Source: Macrostomum lignano
Lineage: Eukaryota
NCBI GenBank assembly: GCA_002269645.1
Contig: NIVC01000763.1
Coordinates: 310,001 to 374,000, forward strand
DNA: 64,000 nt
Direction: 5' to 3'
Shown: in pieces, positions 1 through 12,947 of the stretch
Position numbering within the stretch: the first letter of the stretch is position 1
How the letters are laid out: each line of letters begins with the position of its first letter
Translations under genes and position numbers: made by a program
The notes under the pieces: model-generated
What the model was told of the DNA's origin: nothing
Databases searched by the model: none
What the model saw: only the letters and a program-made list of their open reading frames with translations

Positions 1-411
1 ACAGCTGACACTCGTGTCTGACATCTGACACTCCTGTCTGACATCTGACACTCCTGTCTGACAGCTGACACTCCTGTCTGACAGCTGACACTCCTGTCTG
101 ACATCTGTCACTCCTGTCTGACAGCTGACACTCCTGTCTGACAGCTGACACTCCTGTCTGACAGCTGACACTCCTGTCTGACAGCTGACACTCCTGTCTG
201 ACAGCTGACACTCCTGTCTGACAGCTGACACTCCTGTCTAACAGCTGACACTCCTGTCTAACAGCTGACACTCCTGTCTGACATCTGACACTCCTGTCTG
301 ACAGCTGACACTCCTGTCTAACATCTGACACTTCTGTCTAACAGCTGACACTCCTGTCTAACAGCTGACACTCCTGTCTAACATTTGACACTTCTGTCTA
401 ACAGCTGACAC
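1..411. repeat. 20-bp minisatellite (ACAGCTGACACTCCTGTCTG)n, runs off the window start
   Basis: Unit recurs with period 20 (e.g. at 61, 81, 121, 141); most units contain the E-box CAGCTG. Confidence 0.97.
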
Positions 412-692
412 GAAAAGGGGGTATTGATTTTCATTTTACACGCCTAGGCAAACTAATCGAGTGGGGTAAAATATATTGCATCCTTGCAGCGCCACGAGTG
501 ATCTCCTACAGAAACAACACTAGGAAAAAGAATAAAGAACTGGATAAAAGAACAACCTGATTGGTTGACAGCCTGTCAGCCAATAGCAATCCTTCTTCGC
601 GGCAAAAGGCTGCAGTTATTATGAACCGGACGGGACCATACCTGGGCTCTGCAGACGTTTCTCCTTGCCCTCCTAGATTTTGCAAAGCGACC

Positions 693-3600
693 ATGAAACT
701 TACAGATTCTTTACAGCATGGCCTTGCTGCGCTGGTCATACTACTGACTAGCTCCACTTGTCTGGCACAGCCGCAGCTGCCGCCGCCGCCTCTCCACAAT
801 TCCCTGGTGACTGTGCACGACGACGAGAGCTTGCATCTGTCCAGTGATGCCACGGCTCAGCTGTCCTGCAGACCGGCGCCCATACAGGTGGACATGTGCA
901 GCAACATGCAGTACAATCAAACAGCCGAGAAACTGCCTGGGTTCAACAAGCAATCAGAGGTTGCCTACTTGCTGAGCCAGTTCAATCAGCTGGTCAAAGC
1001 GCCTTGCGCGCCGTTTCTTAAACTGTTCGTCTGCTCCATGCACCTGCCGCTGTGCAACGCCGACCAGAAGCTGCTGGTGCGGCCGTGCAAGGAGTTCTGC
1101 CTGCGGATCAAAGGCCTCTGCTCGCCACAGCTCAAGCAGTACGGCTACCCCTGGCCGCCCAGCCTCGACTGCACGGGCCTCAACTACGAGCAGGAGAAGG
1201 GCAAGCTGGGCCACCGGGGCAGCCAGCGCGGCCTCTGCCTCCGGCCCAGCAACCGCGAGTTCGAGGATGAACTCCGCAAACTGCGGCTCAGCACCGCCGG
1301 CTCCTTTGATCTGCCGCCGCCGCCACCGCCTCTGTCGCAGATGCCCGGAATCTGGCCGCCAGCTCTGGAGTCGGCCACCCCGCCGACTGGCACAGCGGTT
1401 TCACCGAGAAAGCCGACTACTAAGCTGTCGACCTTCAAATGTTCCCTAGCCGAGCTGCCTCTCGGCGAAGGCGGCGGCAGCGGCGGCGGCGCCAAGCGAA
1501 GCTCCGCCTGCGCGGCCCGCTGCCAGGCCGACCTGCTGTACAGCCGGCCGGACAAACAGCTCGCCGCCGACTGGATGCTCGGCTGGTCGGCCGTCTGCGC
1601 CGTCGCCGCCGTCCTCGCCGTGGCCACCTTCGCCCTAGACGGCGACAGGTTCCGCTACCCCGAGCGGCCGATCGTGTGGGTGTCGGCCAGCCACCTGCTG
1701 TTCGCCGGCGCGCACCTGCTGAGAGTCTGGCTGGGGCCGGAGGCGGCCGGATGCGCCGTCGGCGACCCCGCTGGCCAGCAGGTGTACCGGGTGTCCCAAC
1801 ACGCCGGCCACTGGTGCGCCGTGATCTTCCTGCTGGTGTACTTCGCCCCGCTGGCCGGCTGCCTCTGGTGGCTGCTGCTCACCGTGTGCTGGTACCTGTG
1901 CGCCGCGCGCAAGTGGGCTCACGAAGCCATCCAGCAGAGGTTGGTGCTGCAGTGCCAGTGCGATTTCGTGTCCGCTGTCCGGCTTTAGTGTCCGCTGTCC
2001 GGCTTAAGTGTCCGCTGTCCGGCTTTAGTGTCCGCTGTCCGGCTTTAGTGTCCGCTGTCTGGCTTTAGTGTCCGCTGTCTGGCTTTAGTGTCCGCTGTCC
2101 GGCTTTAGTGTCCGCTGTCTGGCTTTAGTGTCCGCTGTCCGGCTTTAGTGTCCGCTGTCTGGCTTTAGTGTCCGCTGTCCGGCTTTAGTGTCCGCTGTCT
2201 GGCTTCAGTGTCCGCTGTCTGGCTTTAGTGTCCGCTGTCCGGCTTTAGTGTCCGCTGTCCGGCTTCAGTGTCAGCTGTCTGGCTTTAGTGTCCGCTGTCT
2301 GGCTTTAGTGTCCGCTTTCTGGCTTTATTGTCCGCTGTCCGGCTTTAGTGTCCGCTGTCCGGCTTTAGTGTCCGCTGTCCGGCTTTAGTGTCCGCTGTCC
2401 AGCTTTAGTGACCGCTGTCCGGCTTTAGTGTCCGCTGTCCGGCTTTATTGTCCGCTGTCCGGCTTTAGTGTCCGCTGTCTGGCTTTAGTGTCCGCTGTCT
2501 GGCTTTAGTGTCCGCTGTCCGGCTTTAGTGTCCGCTGTCCGGCTTTAGTGTCCGCTGTCTGGCTTTAGTGTCCGCTGTCCGGCTTTAGTGTCCGCCCCCC
2601 AATCCAGTATCCGCTCCCTAATTCAGTGTCCGTCCGCCCCCCAAATTAAATGTCCGCTCTCCCCCCCCAATTCAGTGTCTGCCCCCCCCCAATTCAGTGT
2701 CTGCCCACCCCCCCAATTCAGTGTCTGCCCCCCCCAATTCAGTGTTTGCCCCCCCAATTCAGTGTTTGCCCCCCCAATTCAGCGTCTGCCCCCCCAATTC
2801 AGTGTCTGCCCCCCCAATTCAGTCTGCCCCCCCCAATTCAGTGTCTGCCCCCCAATTCAGTGTCTGCCCCCCCAATTCAGTCTGCCCCCCCCAATTCAGT
2901 GTCTGCCCCCCAATTCAGTGTCAGCCCCCCCCCAATTCAGTGTCTGCCCCCCCCCCCAATTCAGTGTCTGCCCCCCCCAATTCAGTGTCTGCCCCCCAAT
3001 TCAGTGTTTGCCCCCCCAATTCAGTGTCTGCCCCCCAATTCAGTGTTTGCCCCCCCCCCAATTCAGTGTCTGCCCCCCCAATTCAGTGTCTGCCCCCCAA
3101 TTCAGTGTCTGCCCCCCCAATTCAGTGTCTGCCCCCCAATTCAGTGTTTGCCCCCCCCCAATTCAGTGTTTGCCCCCCCCGAATTCAGTGTCTGCCCCCC
3201 CCCCCAATTCAGTGTTTGCCCCCCCCGAATTCAGTGCCTGCCCCCCCCAATTCAGTGTTTGCCCCCCCCCCCCGAATTCAGTGTCTGCCCCCCCCCAATT
3301 CAGTGTCTGCCCCCCAATTCAGTGTCTGCCCCCCCCATTCAGTGCCTGCCCCCCCATTCAGTGTCTGCCCCCCCCCAATTCAGTGCCTGCCCCCCCCAAT
3401 TCAGTGCCTGCCCCCCACCCAATTCAGTGCCTGCCCCCCCAATTCAGTGTCTGCCCCCCCCCAATTCAGTGCCTGCCCCCCCAATTCAGTGCCTGCCCCC
3501 CCCAATTCAGTGTCTGCCCCCCGAATTCAGTGCCTGCCCCCCCCAATTCAGTGTCTGCCCCCCCCCCGAATTCAGTGTCTGCCCCCCCCAATTTAGTGTC

Positions 3601-5581
3601 TGCCCCCCCCAATTTAGTGTCTGCCCCCCCCCGAATTCAGTGTCTGCCCCCCCAATTTAGTGTCTGCCCCCCCCGAATTCAGTGTCTGCCCCCCCCAATT
3701 CAGTGTCTGCCCCCCCAATTCAGTGTCTGCCCCCCCCAATTCAGTGTCTGCCCCCCCCCCAATTCAGTGTCTGCCCCCCCCCCCCCGAATTCAGTGTCTG
3801 CCCCCCCCCAATTCAGTGTCTGCCCCCCCCCCCAATTCAGTGTCTGCCCCCCCAATTCAGTGTCTGCCCCCCCCCAATTCAGTGTCTGCCCCCCCCAATT
3901 CAGTGTCTGCCCCCCCCAATTCAGTGTCTGCCCCCCAATTCAGTGTCTGCCCCCCAATTCAGTGTCTGCCCCCCCCCCAATTCAGTGTCTGCCCCCCAAT
4001 TCAGTGTCTGCCCCCCAATTCAGTGTCTGCCCCCCCCCAATTCAGTGTCTGCCCCCCCCAATTCAGTGTCTGCCCCCCCCAATTCAGTGTCTGCCCCCCC
4101 TCAATTCAGTATCCGCCCACCTGAATTCAGTGCCACCCCTTCTAAGTCAGTGTCCACCCCCCTTCCAATTCAGTGTCCACCCGGAAAATGAAAACGAGAA
4201 ATTTGCTAAGCTTTACTTTCCAACAAATCGCAACGATCCAACCCGCCAGATCTGTTTGGCTTCACCTGCTGGCCTGGGGCGCACCACTGCTGCTCAGCGT
4301 GTCGCTGCTGGTGCTGCATCGTGTCGAGGCTGACGAGCTCACTCACCTGTGCGTGGTGGATCCGACCGACCGAGTCAACGTCATCGCCTTCGTCATCAGC
4401 CCGACGGCCGCGTGCCTCGCGATCGGCCTGGGCTTCCTGACCAGCGCCCTCTGCTCATCGGCCTCCGTACGGCACAGCCTGAAATGGAGCGGCAACGAAG
4501 GCTTCAGGAGGCTGGAGAAGCTCATGACCAAAATCTGCCTGCTCTCGTTCCTGTTCGTGCTGCCCACCGGCTGCGTGCTGGCCGTCAGCCTGTACGAGCT
4601 GGCCGAGAGGGACAAGTGGATTGCTAGTCTGGAGAAGGTGGGCTGTTGCTTACGCGGAATATTACTATAGTAGAAAGATTAATTAAAAATATTAGCGATG
4701 AGATTAGACACATAGGGGGTGAAATTTTGCACCCAGGTTACATTAGACAGTCTAGGGATGAGATTAGACACACAAGATGAGATTAGACTGTCTCGGGGTG
4801 AGATTAGACACACAGGTGAGATTTGACAGACTCGGGATGAGATTAGACACACAAGAGAGATTTGAAAGTCTAGGGATGAGATTAGACACACAAGAGAGAT
4901 TTGAAAGTCTAGGGATGAGATTAGACACATAGGAGGGGAGAATTGGCACCCAGGGGAGAATTGGCACCCAGGTGAGATTAGACAATCTAGGGATGAGATT
5001 AGATACCCAGGAGTGATTCAACAGTCTAAGGATAAGATTAGACAACAAGAGGCTAGATGACCAGCAGTTCCTGGAACAGATCAACAACAAATTGTCAACA
5101 ACAGACCTCTCTGCAAGCGCTCGCGCCCCAACACTGCAACCCGCAGGTCCTTGCCCGACCTCTCTGCGTCAACGCCAGCGGCCTGGTGTCTTCAGAGGAC
5201 GGCAGCTGCAGCCCAGACTCCAGGCCCTCATCAGCGCTGAGCATCCTGAAGATATTCATGTCGCTGGCCGCCGGGCTGCCCTGCTGCCTGTTTGTCTGGT
5301 GCAACGACAAGTCGCTGACGGCCTGGAGTCGCTGTCTCGGCAGAGGACTGACGGGCGGCGGATGCTGCCGAGACAGCGGTGGCTCGGGGCGTCGGGATCA
5401 GCAGCAGCAGCCGCTGCCGCCGCTGCCCCATCAGCAGCCTCACGGCTTTGGCGGCGGGCTGACAACTGGTGGCAAATTTCTGCAAGACCAGCAGCAGCAG
5501 CAGCAGCAGCTGAAGCTGCAATCCATGAGCGGCTATCAGCACCGCGGCGGCGGCGGGGTGTTTGCGAGCTCAGAGCTCTGA
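693..5581 (+). CDS. FZD: Frizzled family Wnt receptor; exons 693-1939, 4250-4637, 5105-5581
   Basis: Signal peptide after ATG693, 10-Cys CRD, RFRYPERPI motif, and ARKWAHEAI joining R/SVWLHLLAW across GT1940..AG4249. WIASLEK/TSLQ joins across GT4638..AG5104. KSLTAW is the KTxxxW equivalent; C-terminal SEL fits a class I PDZ ligand. Subfamily not assignable. Confidence 0.95.
1968..2592. repeat. 20-bp minisatellite (GTGTCCGCTGTCCGGCTTTA)n in Frizzled intron 1
   Basis: Strict period 20, starting about 28 nt after the donor. Confidence 0.97.
2596..4120. repeat. C-rich about 20-bp minisatellite (Cn-AATTCAGTGTCTG)n in Frizzled intron 1
   Basis: Constant core AATTCAGTGTCTG separated by variable C runs. 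Confidence 0.97.
4690..5045. repeat. Degenerate repeat (GATGAGATTAGACAC core) in Frizzled intron 2
   Basis: About 10 copies of GAGATTAGAC with variable spacers. Confidence 0.8.
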
Positions 5582-5732
5582 GCTTTCGACTTGTCTGTCG
5601 ATCAGCTTAATTATTAAATTCGATGCGCTAACGGCGCAAGAGAAATGGACTCGGAACGGCTGGACAGCTGGTGGTGCAAATGTGACTTTTATACTGTAAA
5701 GATGTCTGTGTTGCTGCATTCAGGATTTGGTT

Positions 5733-6240
<508 letters not shown>

Positions 6241-6977
6241 TGCCTGTCACTGAGAAGCAGGGGTCATTGTCATGTCCATATCTTATTCATTTATTCATTT
6301 CTGTAGCTTTTCTCTTACATGTAAATTTGTTCAAACTCTGTCATCCTGCATGCTTGCAATTTAGCTGAGCCAGCTGTACAGAAGCCAAGCATTAGGCGGC
6401 CCTTAGTGGATGCAGCCAGTTTAAAGTACCAATGCGCAAGTTCACCCAATGATCTTTTATTTCACAGAATTTCCCTGTCAGCCCACAAGTCCAGAAAACT
6501 TACATTTTACAACCTCAGCAATTGAATTTCGGCAATCCTTTGTTCTCGTTGACGTTAGGTATATTTACGCTAGCTCTAAGTTACATTCAAATTCGCGTCA
6601 AAAAACACAACAATAAAACACCACATTTGATCATCTAAACACGCATAAAAATTATGGAGCAGACAATTTTAACCTAAATAAATTATTGTTCATAAAGTAT
6701 TTAAAGTTTTACTAAGAACATCAGAGCGAAAGTTAAACAGAAACTGAATTTCTCAGTTTTGTATTTTGAATGACTTTACCGCACAGAATTTGCTCATACG
6801 CTGGCGGGCCGCTGTGTCCTGCTTCATAAACTGTCTGCTGTGGGTCTGCGTCTCACGTTTCTGTCATTGGCATTGCTAGGCATAGGCGGTCATCATAACC
6901 AGACCACAGTGCCGTAGTGGAGACTTAAAAACATACCAACCGAGGTTAAACTGTACTAATTAGGGATTGGTAAGATC

Positions 6978-8110
6978 TGAGAGGGGAAAGCGGGAGATCA
7001 CAGAGAGGGTAAAGCGGAAAATCAGAGGGTAAAGCGGGAGATCACGGAGAGAGTAAAGCGGAAGATCAGAGGGTAAAGCGGGAGATCACAGAGGGAAAAG
7101 CGGGAGATCACAGTGAGGGGAAAGCGGGAGATCACAGAGAGGGTAAAGCGGAAGATCAGAGGGTAAAGCGGGAGATCACGGAGAGAGTAAAGCGGAAGAT
7201 CAGAGGGTAAAGCGGGAGATCACAGAGAGGGAAAAGCGGGAGATCACAGAGGGGAAAGCGGGAGATCACAGAGAGGGAAAAGCGGGAGATCACAGAGAGG
7301 GAAGAGCGGGAGATCACAGAGAGGGAAAAGCGGGAGATCACAGAGAGGGAAAAGCGGGAGATCACAGAGAGGGAAAAGCGGGAGATCACAGGGAAAGCGG
7401 GAGATCACAGAGAGGGAAAAGCGGAAAATCAGAGGGTAAAGCGGGAGATCACAGAGAGAGAAAAGCGGGAGATCACAGAGAGGGAAGAGCGGGAGATCAC
7501 AGAGAGGGTAAAGCGGGAGATCACAGAGAGGGTAAAGCGGAAGATCAGAGGGAAAAGCGCGAGATTGCAGAGAGGGTAAAGTGGGAGATCACAGAGGGAA
7601 AGCGGGAGATCACAGAGGGAAAGCTGGAGATCACAGAGAGGGGAAAGCGGGAGATCACAGAGAGGGAAAAGCGGGAGATCACAGAGAGGGTAAAGCGGGA
7701 GATCACAGAGAGGGTAAAGCGGAAGATCAGAGGGAAAAGCGCGAGATTGCAGAGAGGGTAAAGTGGGAGATCACAGAGGGAAAGCGGGAGATCACAGAGG
7801 GAAAGCTGGAGATCACAGAGAGGGGAAAGCGGGAGATCACAGAGAGGGTAAAGCGGAAGATCAGAGGGAAAAGCGCGAGATTGCAGAGAGGGGAAAGCGG
7901 GAGATCACAGAGAGGGAAAAGCGGGAGTTCACAGAGAGGGAAAAGCGGGAGATCACAGAGAGGGAAAAGCGGGAGATTGCAGAGAGGGGAAAGCGGGAGA
8001 TCACAGAGAGAGAAAAGCGCGAGATTGCAGAGAGGGGAAAGCGGGAGATCACAGAGAGGGGAAAGCGGGAGATCACAGAGAGGGGAAAGCGGGAGATCAC
8101 AGGGGAGATT
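6978..8110. repeat. Purine-rich 21-24-bp minisatellite (GCGGGAGATCACAGAGAGGGAAAA)n
   Basis: Direct reading, variable unit length. Confidence 0.95.
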
Positions 8111-9231
8111 AGAGAAAGAGGAGAACAGCTGGGCCAGGGCAGGCAGCCAAAGCCAATTATTAGGCAATAAAAAGCTGTAAAATTGGACAGCGGCCTGGGG
8201 CTTGGACAGGAAATGGTGAAAAACAATGGCAGGCATAAATTAGAGAGGCTGGGCGGGATTCGCTAAGGGGGGATTCCAAGTGGTCAGATAAACCTACAAT
8301 ATTGCACTTCCGTTGGAACAATTAGCTTAATCTAGAGAGCTCCTCCTAATTAAGGATAAATAAGCATGGGTAGCCTATGATTAATATTGCAGGATGCGAG
8401 ATGGATGATTTATAGAGTTTACCTTTGTTACCCATGTGAATCTTCATCGTGTCTGAAATTCCTAGAGTTTAGAAAGTCAAAGGGCCACACTGTACAGCCT
8501 GTGTGAGTGTCGATCTTTATGAGTTCATTTCTTAGAAATGACCTGGAGGCCTGTAATTAATAAATCGCTAGTAGTGCATTTGGTATGCTCAGCAAGAGAG
8601 CTCTTAGCGTTGAATGGGGTTTTGCCATAGACAAATTCGGTCTATTTCTCGAGAGCCTGCTGGTCAGCACAGGCTTTGGTGGCAGATGGTGGATGGTCAG
8701 AACAATAAAAGATGAGAAAGAGACAGAGGCCCGCAATAAAAAATCAGAGCCAAGCAAAAGCCCCAGACGGAAATCAAAAGAAGACCCTCTGGCAAAGAAT
8801 CTCTTCTAAAAAGGCGATTTTACTGCGCCCCGAACAAAGACTTGCAGAACATCAAAAAGTTGGTGAGAAAAGGGAACCTGGGAACTTCATATAGCCAGCC
8901 ATTGGGAAGAAAGTAAAGCTTTTAATTCACAGTTGATTTTATGGCATCCTCGCTGCGGGAATTCGTAGCGCGCCAGAAATCTGTATTGCATACAGTTTTC
9001 GGAGCGGGTCTGAGGTCTGTTTCACAGTTTTACAATTTTGCGTCATTTCAGTTTCCTCCGGGAAAAACCCGAGTTCCTCAAGCAAGCCTCTCTGTTTTGT
9101 TTCCCAAAAAGGACCACCTAGAACTAGAACTAGCAGAACAAGATCTATACACAAGAAGACCAAGAACGAGACTATCGAGAACAACAACGGTAACTTCTAA
9201 TGGTCCTTGTTTCCGAATCAAATAATTCTCG

Positions 9232-10080
9232 TTTGATCTGGCGCTTATCTCTATTCTTTGGCGCCAATATCTATTGCCTTGCGCTTATCTCTATTCTGTG
9301 GCGCCTAAATCTATTGCCTTGCGCTCTTCTCTATTCTTTGGCGCCAATATCTATTGCCTTGCGCTCTTCTCTATTCTGTGGCGCCAATATCTATTGCCTT
9401 GCGCTTATCTCTATTCTGTGGCGCCTAAATCTATTGCCTTGCGTTCTTCTCTATTCTGTGGCGCCTAAATCTATTGCCTTGCGCTCTTCTCTATTCTTTG
9501 GCGCCAATATCTATTGCCTTGCGCTCTTCTCTATTCTTTGGCGCCAATATCTATTGCCTTGCGCTCTTCTCTATTCTTTGGCGCCAATATCTATTGCCTT
9601 GCGCTCTTCTCTATTCTATGGCGCCAATATCTATTGCCTTGCGCTCTTCTCTATTCTTTGGCGCCAATATCTATTGCCTTGCGCTCTTCTCTATTCTATG
9701 GCGCCAATATCTATTGCCTTGCGCTCTTCTCTATTCTTTGGCGCAAATACCTATTGCCTTGCGCTCTTCTCTATTCTTTGGCGCCAATATCTATTGCCTT
9801 GCGCTCTTCTCTATTCTTTGGCGCAAATACCTATTGCCTTGCGCTCTTCTCTATTCTGTGGCGCCAATATCTATTGCCTTGCGCTCTTCTCTATTCTATG
9901 GCGCCAATATCTATTGCCTGGCGCTCTTCTTTATTCTTTGGCGCCAATATCTATTGCCTTGCGCTCTTCTCTATTCTTTGGCGCCAAAATCTATTGCCTT
10001 GCGCTCTTCTCTATTCTATGGCGCCAATATCTATTGCCTTGCGCTCTTCTCTATTCTGTGGCGCCAATATCTATTGCCGG
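9232..10080. repeat. 40-bp minisatellite built of two diverged 20-bp halves
   Basis: GCGCTCTTCTCTATTCTTTG/GCGCCAATATCTATTGCCTT, period 40. Confidence 0.97.
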
Positions 10081-10099
10081 GCACTAATCTCTATTTCGT

Positions 10100-10830
10100 A
10101 GCGCTAATCCCAATTGCCTGTTGCTAATCCCAGTTGCCTGTCGCTAATCCCAGTTGCCTGTCGCTAATCCCAGTTGCCTGTCGCTAATCCCAGTTGCCTG
10201 TCGCTAATCCCAGTTGCCTGTCGCTAATCCCAGTTGCCTGTCGCCAATCCCAGTTGCCTGTCGCCAATCCCAGTTGCCTGTCGCGAATCCTAGTTGCCTG
10301 TCGCTAATCCTAGTTGCCTGTCGCTAATCCCAGTTGCCTGTCGCTAATCCCAGTTGCCTGTCGCGAATCCCAGTTGCCTGTCGCTAATCCCAGTTGCCTG
10401 TCGCTAATCCCAGTTGCCTGTCGCGAATCCTAGTTGCCTGTCGCTAATCCTAGTTGCCTGTCGCTAATCCCAGTTGCCTGTCGCTAATCCCAGTTGCCTG
10501 TCGCTAATCCCAGTTGCCTGTCGCTAATCCCAGTTGCCTGTCGCTAATCCCAGTTGCCTGTCGCTAATCCCAGTTGCCTGTCGCTAATCCCAGTTGCCTG
10601 TCGCTAATCCCAGTTGCCTGTCGCTAATCCCAGTTGCCTGTCGCTAATCCCAGTTGCCTGTCGCTAATCCCAGTTGCCTGTCGCGAATCCCAGTTGCCTG
10701 TCGCCAATCCCAGTTGCCTGTCGCTAATCCCAGTTGCCTGTCGCTAATCCCAGTTGCCTGTCGCTAATCCCAGTTGCCTGTCGTTAATCCCAGTTGCCTG
10801 TCGCTAATCCCAGTTGCCTGTCGCTAATCT
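10100..10830. repeat. 20-bp minisatellite (TCGCTAATCCCAGTTGCCTG)n
   Basis: Strict period 20, abutting the 40-bp array. Confidence 0.97.
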
Positions 10831-11371
10831 CAATTGTCTGGAGCCAAGAAAGTATTACAGAATCTTTAACGCCGATGTATAAGTTTCAAAAAACAAAATC
10901 TTTCAAAAAAGTGCTGTTAGCAACTGCAGCCAGTACATGTATATAATGATGTGCAGTTCGCCTGGCAAACCTGCCGCCAACTCCAGGCATTTCCTCGCTA
11001 ACCACTTCCTCTGTTCCTGGGGGACAGCTGGCAGAAAAAGCGAAAGAACGAATTTTCTTTGAAATTTATGACACCTTCGCTGAGTCAACGCACAATGCGC
11101 GGCAATGGCAAGCCGACAAATAGAGAAGATATACAAGGGCGTTCGTTATCCTGTCCCGGCATGGACTTCTAAACTACAGCAATCTGGATTGGAAATTCAC
11201 AAACCTGGTCTGGTCTCTTTCATCTTTTTCCGCAGCTAAAGAGCCACTCGACGGCATTTGGAGGACAACGTGCGGTGTAAGTGTTTCACAGGTTCCTCCC
11301 AAAATAATGCAGTTGTGACGCGACTGACATAATTGTGGTATTGTAACTACGGTAAAAACAGCCTCCCAGAT

Positions 11372-11830
11372 CCTCAGTTGCTGGGCCAGCCTCCCAGATC
11401 CTCAGTTGCTGGGCCAGCCTCCCAAATCCTCAGTTTCTGGGCCAGCCTCCCAGAGTGTCAGTTGCTGGGCCAGCCTCCCAGAGTGTCAGTTGCTGGGCCA
11501 GCCTCCCAGAGTGTCAGTTGCTGGGCCAGCCTCCCAGAGTGTCAGTTGCCGGGCCAGCCTCCCAGATCCTCAGTTGCCGGGCCAGCCTCCCAGATCCTCA
11601 GTTGCCGGGCCAGCCTCCCAGATCCTCAGTTGCTGGGCCAGCCTCCCAGATCCTCAGTTGCTGGGCCAGCCTCCCAGATCCTCAGTTGCTGGGCCAGCCT
11701 CCCAGATCCTCAGTTGCCGGGCCAGCCTCCCAGATCCTCAGTTGCCGGGCCAGCCTCCCAGATCCTCAGTTGCCGGGCCAGCCTCCCAGATCCTCAGTTG
11801 CCGGGCCAGTCTCCCAGATTCTCAGTTGCT
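11372..11830. repeat. 28-bp minisatellite (GGGCCAGCCTCCCAGATCCTCAGTTGCT)n
   Basis: Period 28 (e.g. 11641 and 11669). Confidence 0.96.
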
Positions 11831-12599
11831 GGGCAGTTGCACTCCAGATGTGTTTTATAAAAAGCTACATGGTGATGAAGCAAGGCCAGAGGTTGCGCAC
11901 TGGCCGGAGGCAGGGTGACTTTTCTGGCCCAAAAAACAATCGCCTATTCCCTATACAAACGCTGGCAGGATGGAAAACGAAATAAAAGACAACCAACAAC
12001 CTAAAATTAATATTTGAAATTCAATAATGATAGTGTAAAGGCAATGCGCTGGTACAATTGTATTTGCAATCATTAAATACGGTTTATTGAGCTACCGACC
12101 AAATATGTAGATACAGTTGAAGGCTTGAAAAAATTTAGCCAATATTTAATAACGTGGTGTGTCATGATTTGATTACTAACAGTAGGCATGTTTGCTTCAA
12201 AAACTTGCGTAGAAACAAAAAGATGCAGCACCGATCGAAATTGGCTAAGTAGTGTAAACAGGAAATCAGTGTAAGCGGCCACTGCTCAGCTGTATGTACA
12301 AGGTCTAAAAATTATAACAATATTGGAATCTTTAATAATAATGCAGCATGCATGCAAAACAGACCGTATTAATGACCAACCTGTACTAGCTAGTATAGAA
12401 ATGGAAAATCAAAAAATTGACTCGAAAAAGTTAAAATATTTACTAAAAGAAAAAGTGAAAACACAAAACTTGATAGAAGCTGCCAAAGTTGCTGACCTTA
12501 AATGATCTTTATAAGTGCATAACATTAAATAGCTCACAGAAGATGACTTTATTAAAATTTGGTCGTCAATGTATTAGACACTGAGTGATCACCAAACTT

Positions 12600-12885
12600 G
12601 ACTGACCTTAAATGACCCTTAAATAGTCGACCTTAAATGATCTTTAAAAGTAGTTGACCTTAAATGACCCCTAAAATAGTCAACCTTAAATTGTCTTTAA
12701 AAGCAGTTGACCTTAAATGACCCCTAGAATAGTCCACCTTAAATGAACTTTAAAAGTAGTTGACCTTAAATGACCCCTAAAATAGTCAACCTTAAATGGT
12801 CTTTAAAAGCAGTTGACCTTAAATAACCCCTAAAATAGTCAACCTTAAATGACCTTTGAGAGTAGTTGACCTTAAATGACCCCTA
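12600..12885. repeat. About 26-27-bp degenerate repeat (GACCTTAAATGACCC core)
   Basis: About 10 copies of ACCTTAAAT just 3' of the PIDD-like stop. Confidence 0.85.
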
Positions 12886-12947
12886 AGATTTTCAATGAAC
12901 CATACGAGCGTAAAGCTGTTGACCTGAAATGACCTTTGAAAACTCTG

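Noticed and set aside
561-692. Upstream extension of the Frizzled ORF from 561 or ATG621
   Set aside because: The signal peptide follows ATG693, and a strong acceptor lies at 676.
1968-4120. Long Pro/Cys/Ser-rich ORFs (e.g. 2588-4333)
   Set aside because: Translations of intronic minisatellites; the Frizzled exons splice cleanly around them.
11100-11930. Plus-strand mini-gene MASRQIEKIYKG...KPAKEPLDGIWRTTCG
   Set aside because: Needs a 28-nt intron and gives no recognisable protein; kept only as part of the unresolved-region finding.
7156-11985. Repeat-encoded ORFs on both strands
   Set aside because: Periodic peptides from the 21-40-bp arrays; no domain signal.
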